DNA from: Macrostomum lignano
Lineage: Eukaryota
Direction of reading: 5' to 3'
Length of the DNA stretch: 64,000 nt
Assembly: GCA_002269645.1 (NCBI GenBank)
Contig: NIVC01002675.1
Coordinates: 62,001-126,000 of the forward strand
This document shows positions 55,691 through 64,000 of this stretch, piece by piece. Position 1 is the first letter of the stretch. Every line of letters begins with the position of its first letter. The translations under genes and the position numbers were made by a program. The notes below the pieces were generated by a model. That model worked only from the letters and a program-made list of their open reading frames with translations. It ran no database searches and was not told the origin of the DNA.

Positions 55691-58600
55691 ATTAAGTATT
55701 TATACTTTATATTTTATATACTTTTATTGAAAACAATGGAAGCAAAATATGATTAGCTTTATAAACAAGTTAAGATAGGCTACCTAGGCTTATTGCATGC
55801 TAATTTTTATATAGGCCTAAGTTCACTATCCTGCAGAATCATTTGTTAAACTTATTGTACACATATTTTTTTTAGCTATTGACACCAAACTTGCCAAAAA
55901 TGAATATTTTCATTATGCCAACATTTTAGAAATGTTTTGGCATTAAAATTCAATTTTTAAGGGGCTGAAATGTAACTTTTTATAATTTCTAGGTTTTGCT
56001 GAATTTTAATAACTATTAATGATTATACAATTTTGAATTTTGTATGCTAATGTCTTGGCAAAAAATGTGTCTATGGCCAAAATTAATAACAAACTCTGGG
56101 GCTTTAAGGAAAGTAGCACTCCTAAGCTGCAAATAAAATGATTTCTACTTAAAAATGGCTGGCAGATGACCTTCTACCCTAGCATAGATTGAGCCACCTT
56201 GAGGTTTGCCTAGCCCTTGAACTAACAAATATAAATATATCTAAAGACTTCTAAAATGTTGGCATAATTAAAATATTCATTTTTTGTAAAGTTTTATGTC
56301 AATAGGCCTAGCAAAAAATATGCGCATAGTAAGTTTAACAAACAATTCTGCAAAATAGCTGCCTAAGTCTAGCATATTTAGAGATAACATAAAAAATTCA
56401 ATAAAAATAGTTTGTTTATTAGCCACTTTTAACAATATATATTGGCTCATTCCATATAAGATGGACATTTTTGGAAAATAGAAAAAAGTCAATATTTTTG
56501 CTTGCCATTGCCTTATCAGCCAATTTTTTTACCAAATGTTTTTTATGTGTAATATCTACAATCTAAGAATAAATGAATGATAAAATGTTAGATTAGTATG
56601 CTATCAAGTGGCAAAAAGTCATTTTTGTAAAAATTTAGACATTTTTCTAAGCAAATGACATCATTAAGTTTGTGTACCTTTTAAAAACAAATAGAAAGCT
56701 TTGGAAGGTTGAAACAAACTATAGATAAAAGTATAGTACTTGCATCATCAGATAAAAGTATTGGTGACCAAATAATCTATTATATTTTTAATATATTGGT
56801 ACCTCAAAGTTACTGAATTGACAGAAAAAAATATGTTACGACCATAATGTTACGACCATAAGGCTGCCTTTTCTTTTGTATTTTTGTTGCCTTTTTGAGT
56901 TTATATATTCTACAAAAAGAGTATGATTACTAAAGATGTTCTAAGTCAAATTTTAAAAAATGTATTGCAAAATATCAAAAATAAAAATGTTATAAGACTT
57001 TTACCTTTTAGTTTCTATATGTCAAAAATCCTGTTGTTACGACCATAAGTGCCATTCAAGGTTTAATAGCATCTATACTAATGATGATATCTACATGAAA
57101 CTCTATAAAAATATTTTTGACAAAATTATCTTTCATTTAAAATATTGGTTTAGTATATTCTATTATTATATTTCATTTTATAAGTAAAAATAGCCTGTCA
57201 TGTTACGACCATGCTTATATGAAATGAGCCTATTGCTCTTTGAATATTGGCGATCTGACTAAAAATAAAATCATTAATGCTAATGTCAATGACATAGCAT
57301 AAAAATAAAATAAAGCTTAATTGGACATAACAAAACTTGTTTTTTAAGAAAATTATAATAGGGGGGGCCTAGGCCTATAAACACATTTACATTTCTTAAA
57401 CTAGGTCTAGTTTAAACTATATTAGGCTAGGCCTATACAAATAAATCAAGTGTTAAATTTACATTAAAAGATAAACATGCCTGCCCTAGGCCCCTATCCT
57501 AGGCCCTATCCCAAGTTTTGGTAACAGCAATAGGGCAGGGCCTAGAATAAATATGATAGCTTTTATGAAAACTAAGCTAGGCCTAGGACAAAATTAGGAT
57601 TCTTATAAAAATTTTAGTAGGAGGCAGGGTACAGCCTAGGTCTATTTTCAAGACAATGCAAATACTTAAAGTTAAGAGCTATGCCTAGCCTATAACAACA
57701 TTTTGTATCAGTATGAGGTTTAGTATAAAGCTAAAGAGGAGGCCCTCTAAGCCTAAGCATGTCTTTTGTCCTTTTAACATTTGATTTTCTGCACAATGCT
57801 ATTTATAGACTGACATCGAGTACAGGCACCGCCAGCACCGGTCGCCGTCGGTTGTATCCTTTATTTTTATTACAATTAGGCCTACTGAATTAGCTATTAG
57901 CTAGCTGTCATCATGTTCTAAAAAGCTGCAAGAAAATTTACAATTGCAAAAATCTGGCAGCTAGGCCTACTAGCAACCGAGAGACAAATCATAAAGTTTT
58001 AATAGTTTGCATGAACTATAAAGATTGGGTGCAACTAATTTAAATACGGGTTATCTCGCCCACGAGTCCTGACCCGACCTACATGTCCATGGACATGTGA
58101 CTATCGCACCGATTTAAACTTGTTGTAAACGTTCAAACAGTAAAATAAATAATAGGTAGATTTCTACTTCTTTCATTTGAAATGGAACCTTTCGATCAGT
58201 AAAAAAACCATCTACAAACAGAAACAACAAATTTTCAAACTTTTGTACATAACTCCCGACATCACAGTGGCAGATGTGGTGGTATCTTGGTATTTAACCA
58301 TTACTGGGATTAAGTAGGAAAGATGGAACAATACAAAAGAGAGATAGCGCTAGAATACTGACTACAGGTATTCTGGTTCTTGGCTACTATCAAAAGACAA
58401 CTTAGAGTCAAATTTCGAGCCGCAAGAGCCCTTCACGTTAATATGAAGTTACTAAATGACGCGTACGAAATTCATTACAATGAATCCTACATGAACATAT
58501 TGCACAAATTATGCGTCGTGCAAGTGCATTCCAGAATTAGATTGCATGCAGATGACTTGTATAATAGATTGCAAAACCGTTAGTGTTCAATGGTATTTAT

Positions 58601-59600
58601 ACATGACAAGACATGCCGATCGATGAATTTGCAACTTGCAATTACATGTACATGTAAACAAGTGCGACATCTCAACTTGACTACGAGTACATGTACATGT
58701 AGCAGGGGCGGGAAGGCGAATTCCCAAATAGCCAATGGCGTGCGAAATAAGTAAGTGCTCTCTACAATAGCTGCGGCGTGTATATACGTACAGCTGTGTG
58801 GTGTTTATCCACGTGACATTTATATACGTATTTCTTGGCAAACGTTTATGCATGCGCTCGTAGCTAATGCACGATAATCAGCAGTTTAGCCTAGGAATTC
58901 GTTTTCCCAAAAAAGCTTATAGGAGAATGCGGATCAAATTTTTAAACTATGGTACGCTTAATTACGCTTCATTCACATACGGTAATCGGTAAGCAAACTT
59001 TTAAATGAAGACTATATATATATATACTCGTAAGCTCAACTGTTGGCCTGTTGCAAATGGCGAGGGAAATAATTTAAGGGAGGCAACAACTTACGAAGCA
59101 TATGTTCAATACAAATTAACCTCGAAGAATCAGCACACAGCAGTTCACACATCTACAGTATAGTAGCCTGATAGTAACCCGATGCCCGTGACTCATCTCT
59201 GCTTTCGACTAGGGCAAATACTCGAATATTGTGGCCTAAATCTTCGCGCATTGGTCCCCATCTGGACTATAACGAAATTGCGTGGGCGTCAGACAGTGCA
59301 AGCAAACGAAAGCACATGACTATCATCATATGGAGTTCAGTGGGTGCAATGAGGATCTATGCTATTTCAATAATACATGTAAATGCATTCAGGCATAAAT
59401 AATCACACAAATTTTGAAGATTTATCGACTTTTATACATTGCTTATGCAGTAATGAATAGCGGACCAATAAAAAACAGTTTTATTTATTAATAACCACTA
59501 GTTAGAATTAGGGGTTAGGCGAGTGACGAAGACCGAACGCAGAACGTGGGCACAAAGCAGCGAGCAGGGGAGCAACCCCAAACTCCAAAAAGCAGGCGAG

Positions 59601-60626
59601 TCAGAGGGGAGAGGAGGCAAATGATGAACAGTAGGAGCCAAGGCAAGCAGACATAGATCGACGGGCCGCTAGGTTACCGGCATTGCCATCAGAGATGTAC
59701 CGCGAAACTGCCGAGCTGCGCCAATCTCCCAGCAGCTTGATGCGGTCCACGCTCAGCCCAGCATTGAAAGCAAACGTCGCTCCACCACGCCGGAGCGAGT
59801 GCGCCGAGAAGCTAGAAGCTTCCAGTCCGGCCTTGCAGAACAGGCGATGCAGGCGGTGGCGAACCCCCCGCTGAGTCAGAGGCCGCCAGGATCGCGGCGC
59901 TGATGAAACTGAGAATATGGGCAGACTGTGAGACGCATCAAAAAGGCGATTCAGCTGCCAGTGATGTCGGAGCGCAGCCACAGGACACAATCTGAGAGCA
60001 GCTGCTGAGCTCGGGCCCATAACCGGGAGCTGGATGGTGTGAATGCGCTCACCGAACTGCACTGTCTTTGAACGGGCTACAAAGATGGTAACACCAGCGC
60101 GGCTGAACTTGACATCAGATATCCTTATCGCGCTCGCCGAGTCACCCGATTTCTTGCGGGCGCACAGATTATCGAGGCGAAGCATGCCGAACCAGCCCGT
60201 GAGCACGAGAGCCCACAGAGCAGCATCTGCCGGATCTGACAGCAGCAGGTGCTGGCGAATGCGCATCAGATGCTCCGGCCGGAGTGGTTGCTTAGTGGCT
60301 GGGGTCCACGACTTGCTTAGGTCCCGTCTGATTCCTTTTAGGATGAGTGGCAGAATTGGAGCTCGCGCGACTTCGTCAAGACCGAGGCAGCGGCAATACC
60401 AGCTCAACGCTTGCAGATGAAGCTGAACACTGTTGAACGAAAGTAGGCGAAGAGAGATGTCGGACAGGTAGAGAACGAGAAGCTCCACCGTGGGCTGCTC
60501 AGGTCGTTCATTTAGCCCTTGACAGAAACGACACCAGGCTCGCCAGACAGACTCGTAGGTCAGCCGTGTCGACTCCGCCAGAGACAACTCGATCAGACGA
60601 GCCGCCCGCCCCCGAAGCCGCCGCAC
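59601..60626 (-). CDS. Tyrosine recombinase of the YR retrotransposon (ORF starts at GTG, no early ATG)
   Basis: N-terminal LAESTRLTYESVWRAWCRFC; catalytic R (GMLRLDN), KT (RSKTVQ), HSLRRGGA, GDWRS and SRYI. Confidence 0.93.
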   Translation of the reverse strand: MRRLRGRAARLIELSLAESTRLTYESVWRAWCRFCQGLNERPEQPTVELLVLYLSDISLRLLSFNSVQLHLQALSWYCRCLGLDEVARAPILPLILKGIRRDLSKSWTPATKQPLRPEHLMRIRQHLLLSDPADAALWALVLTGWFGMLRLDNLCARKKSGDSASAIRISDVKFSRAGVTIFVARSKTVQFGERIHTIQLPVMGPSSAAALRLCPVAALRHHWQLNRLFDASHSLPIFSVSSAPRSWRPLTQRGVRHRLHRLFCKAGLEASSFSAHSLRRGGATFAFNAGLSVDRIKLLGDWRSSAVSRYISDGNAGNLAARRSMSACLGSYCSSFASSPL

Positions 60627-62389
60627 CGCAGGGTCAGGACCTGTAAAAGCAGAAAATGGGAGGCAGCAGAGGCCAGCGCGTGGGAGGCAAATTCAAGCGG
60701 GCACACTTGCACAGTGCCATAAAAACGCATGCAAAAGTTAATGAGGCCACTCCGAGAATGAAGACGCGAAATGGGGTCAGCATAGGTCTGAAACCAGCCC
60801 GGCACATGAAAGAAGCTTAACACAACTTTGTTAGCGAAACAGAAGAGACCAATGGTCTGAAGCAGGCGCAGCAGCTCAGGGTCCTTAGAAGCAGCCTTGT
60901 TGAGGATGAAGACAGCTGGGTCATTGTCAACGTAGCATACAACCTTGCACTGGCTCAGCAGCGGGCGCAGCACCATCAGAGTGAGAAGCGGCACGAGAGC
61001 TTCTTTGTAGTTGATCGGGTACTTGGCAAACTGGCCATTGAAGTCCTTCTCCCAGTCGATGAAGATCCAGTCACAAAAATTGTGGCTGCGGACGATGCAG
61101 CCGCCCGCCTTCTCGGATGAGTCACTCTCCAGCACCCACTCGTTGAGATACTTGGGCCAGAGCTCGCGGCCATTCAGCTTTCGGATAGCCAGGGTCCACC
61201 ACTCCAGCTCGCCACGCAGCGACTCATCCATACGGACGCAGTGCCTAGGATGAGCTAGAGAGTTAACTCTGGAGATAAGGTTGCGCAGGAAACTTCTACC
61301 CACGGGAGGAGCGACCTGGCACCACCAGTTAATCTTGCCACACAGCTTCTGAAGCTCCCGCTTAGTCAACCGAGACTTCAGCTTCATCTGCTGGACGAGG
61401 TTGACAGTCAGATCGATCTTATCATGGGGCAGGCAAAGCAAACCAGAACTCGTGTCGATGTTCACACCGAGGTAGGTGACGGTCTGGGCTGGGGCGCTGC
61501 TCTTCTCCCAGTTGATGTCGAACCCGAGACGTTGGAGAAGGCCAGTTAAAAACTCAAAGGCCTCTTCACACTTGGCTCTACTGTCAAAGGCAAGGCCAAA
61601 GTCGTCCAAATAACCAACGACATTGCTAAAGCCAGACCGCTGCATAATTCGGACAATCGCCTGCGAGATTCTGTGAAAAATGGACACGGAGGCAGCTGCG
61701 CCAAACATCAGCCGGGTGTCAACCAGGTAGCGCGGCGAGTCGGCTCCTTTGAATTTCCATTGTAGACCGGCTGCCGGGTAGCAAGAAGGGTGAATGCCAA
61801 CGGAGCGATAGGCATGCTTGATGTCGACTTTAGCCACAAAGCAGCCAGGACGGAGCAGACGATAAAATTCATCGATAGACTGAAAGCGGATGCGTTCCTG
61901 CTGATGGTAGTGACTGTTGATAGAATTTCCATACGGAGCGCTGGCGTCGTGAATCAGCCGGATTGATGAGCTGCCCTTAGGGATTGCTGCCAGCGGGCTG
62001 ACCTTCGTAGGCTTTGTGGAAGACATCACATAGCGGCCTGTTCTTAGCTCTTCTTTAATTTGCTTATCCACGAGCTCCTGGTGCGCGAGCGCAGAGTTGT
62101 AGTTAGGCTTAAAGCTTTCGCAGAATTTGGTATCATCAGTGATCATAAACCCGGCACTAATACCATTTAAGAGAAACTCGGCATCTCTGTCTTCATCAAG
62201 ATACTTCGACCATTCACAAAAGCGCATGTCACCACAGCTGGATGTAGGAAAATTATCAGGAATAAAATCGCGGATTGATGAACTATTTACAATGGCGGGC
62301 GGGCGGTCATCTAGTTTTTTGACGCTGAAGCGTGCAGATGACCCGGATGGTCCCTTCTGCAGATGACGCAAGCATGCTGAAATTTGCAT
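60593..62389 (-). CDS. Reverse transcriptase - RNase H of the YR retrotransposon, 598 aa
   Basis: RLIHDAS, KVDIKHAYR, LMFG, GYLDDFG, YLGVNID; RNase H residues ESDSS, YKEA, VDND, ADPISR. No stops. Confidence 0.93.
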   Translation of the reverse strand: MQISACLRHLQKGPSGSSARFSVKKLDDRPPAIVNSSSIRDFIPDNFPTSSCGDMRFCEWSKYLDEDRDAEFLLNGISAGFMITDDTKFCESFKPNYNSALAHQELVDKQIKEELRTGRYVMSSTKPTKVSPLAAIPKGSSSIRLIHDASAPYGNSINSHYHQQERIRFQSIDEFYRLLRPGCFVAKVDIKHAYRSVGIHPSCYPAAGLQWKFKGADSPRYLVDTRLMFGAAASVSIFHRISQAIVRIMQRSGFSNVVGYLDDFGLAFDSRAKCEEAFEFLTGLLQRLGFDINWEKSSAPAQTVTYLGVNIDTSSGLLCLPHDKIDLTVNLVQQMKLKSRLTKRELQKLCGKINWWCQVAPPVGRSFLRNLISRVNSLAHPRHCVRMDESLRGELEWWTLAIRKLNGRELWPKYLNEWVLESDSSEKAGGCIVRSHNFCDWIFIDWEKDFNGQFAKYPINYKEALVPLLTLMVLRPLLSQCKVVCYVDNDPAVFILNKAASKDPELLRLLQTIGLFCFANKVVLSFFHVPGWFQTYADPISRLHSRSGLINFCMRFYGTVQVCPLEFASHALASAASHFLLLQVLTLRCGGFGGGRLV

Positions 62390-63317
62390 TCCTCGCCAAA
62401 CTTACAGCCGGTATCGCGGTTGAAGAGCAGGCAGATTTGGCGATTCCTCCTATTCTGTGGCTGCTTTCTACGCTGCAAGTTGCTGTCTATAGCGCTAAGC
62501 CGATTCGGAGCAAGCAGGTGTCGTGAGAGCAACTGGAAAGACTCGTTGTCCCAGTGACGACTGGTTTCATGCTGGAGCCTCCGAAAGCTGTCATCATAGA
62601 GCAGGACATTACTGACGTCAAATCCACTATTCAGCAGTTCGCCTAACTGGCGGTTGTAGGCAAGGTACTCATGCAACCTTGGAGCAGCGCGCGCTTCCCA
62701 GTCAATCATCTCGCCAGATTCGATCAGGGACTGGAGAATTCTCGCATTCGCACTTATCCACTCGCCGATGCTAATCTGCTCCAGAGGCTTCTGTCTGGTA
62801 TTTGTTCCTTTCTTATTGCCAGCGCTGACATTTCCGGAGTCTTCGACGAAGTCAGGTATGAGAAGTGGGCCCCTCTTGGTGGGGTCAGCATCTTGCTCCA
62901 GGAGGGGAATATTCTCCAAGGCAGAATGGGCGGCGCCCCAACTAGCAGAAAAAGCTGGCTTACCATACGTCTTCGTGCCATGGCGTCTGCCGCTGAGCTC
63001 GGCTGTCAATTCCGCTTCCTCCTTTTGGAGCCTCAGTAGCCTGATGCGTTCCTCGGTCGCTTCGATCTCATCGCGCAGGTCCTGACCCTTCGTCGAGCGG
63101 TGGCGGTTGGGGGCGGTGGCTGGGGCTGCGGTTGGCTGTCGGTCTCGCTGTCAGTTGATTCTTCTCGTCTGCTGGTTGAGTCGTCTTGTTCAGGGTCTCT
63201 ACCTTGCAGACTTTTCAGGCGCGCTAACAGAGTTCTCTTGTTACCATTAGTTGGCTGGCCAGCCGCGGAGAGTTGGGCTTTCAATTCTCGGGCTGTAAGT
63301 TTAGCAAGGCTAGCCAT
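62311..63317 (-). CDS. Gag-like ORF1 in two frames: ATG/SAP-domain leader (63317-63033) and Gag body with C-terminal zinc finger (open frame ~63220-62311)
   Basis: LTARELKAQLSAAGQPTNGNKRTLLARL fits the SAP consensus. The body has a coiled coil (LRDEIEATEERIRLLRLQKEEAEL), ISIGEWISANARIL, LLYDDSFR and CLLFNRDTGCKFGEECKFQHACVIC, and is +1 relative to the leader. Confidence 0.75.
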
Positions 63318-64000
63318 CGCGCAAAAAAATTGAGCAGGTGTGCGACACCGCGAGCAGAGCACAAGCTGGGGGTTAAAAGCTAGCCGCCCCGCGACAACCC
63401 CCCCAACGCAGACGCCACCCCGCCACCCCTAACACACTTTGTACGCGGCCTACGGCCGCCCACAAAGCACACTTATAATAATTAACCATAATGGAAAACT
63501 GCAAGTCATTATGAATATAAGCATGCAAGCAAAAGTTGCTACCGTACGTCAGGCGACCTGATTAATGCAAAATAAATATATAAATAAAATTTGATAACTT
63601 TTATTTGAGGAATACTAAAGCTTGAACGATGAAAAAAATTAAATAAAAACAAGTTTCATACACACTACCATACTAGGTAACTAGATCTGCGAAGCTGTAG
63701 AATCGTACAGGCTTACAAATTTAAATAATTAATTATATTATTATAACAACAAATTTCATACTATGAATAGCAGACTTATTAAAGCATAAATCTCAACAGT
63801 AGGCAAAAATAAATATGGTTCAAATTAATTTGGGTGCATGCCGCAGCTTCAGGCAGAGGCAAGCAAAGTTAGATCGAGGTGAAACAAATAAGAATTATTG
63901 CTATTAAAGCAGTTAAAGCAGCAAACAGGAGCGATGAAAGTTAAAGAATTAAAAAAGCTAAAAACTGATAAGCGCGAGATGACAAATCTGCAATTAATGC

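Larger units (their letters stand above)
59500..63480 (-). mobile_element. DIRS/Ngaro-type tyrosine-recombinase retrotransposon (gag - RT/RNase H - YR), coding regions apparently intact; termini not identified
   Basis: Three overlapping ORFs in DIRS order, Gag with a CCCH-type finger, no methyltransferase domain seen (Ngaro-like, inference). Outer coordinates are approximate. Confidence 0.92.

Noticed and set aside
55700-58000. AT-rich tract with recurring TGTTACGACCAT and AGGCCTA motifs, possibly a decayed DNA transposon or Helitron
   Set aside because: No termini, TSD or coding remnant could be identified.

Overview
Eukaryotic (animal) genomic DNA: GC-rich exons separated by introns filled with micro- and minisatellites. 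The style resembles a free-living flatworm such as Macrostomum (inference, not verified). I could assemble three complete minus-strand genes with consistent splice phases: (1) a 10-exon invertebrate cytoplasmic intermediate filament gene (16306-25720); (2) a 9-exon Venus-flytrap receptor tyrosine kinase, VKR-like (32223-43832); (3) a 4-exon multi-C2H2 zinc-finger gene that probably uses a GC-AG intron (45026-49123). One CUB-domain exon (2534-2753) belongs to a gene I could not resolve. Mobile DNA: a decayed RTE-like LINE, a piggyBac relic, two SINEs, a hAT MITE with perfect TSD, a Penelope fragment enclosed by inverted repeats, a foldback Tc1/IS630-like element, and a nearly intact DIRS/Ngaro-type tyrosine-recombinase (YR) retrotransposon. 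The most interesting lead is in that retroelement. Its 115-nt ATG/SAP-domain leader ends at a phase-1 splice donor, and a strong phase-1 acceptor lies just upstream of the YR ORF, which has no start ATG. Weaker in-frame acceptors exist for Gag and RT, so alternative splicing might express all three ORFs from one leader. This is a hypothesis that needs RNA evidence. Most long ORFs in the supplied track are tandem-repeat artefacts. No CRISPR, rRNA or true tRNA genes are supported.
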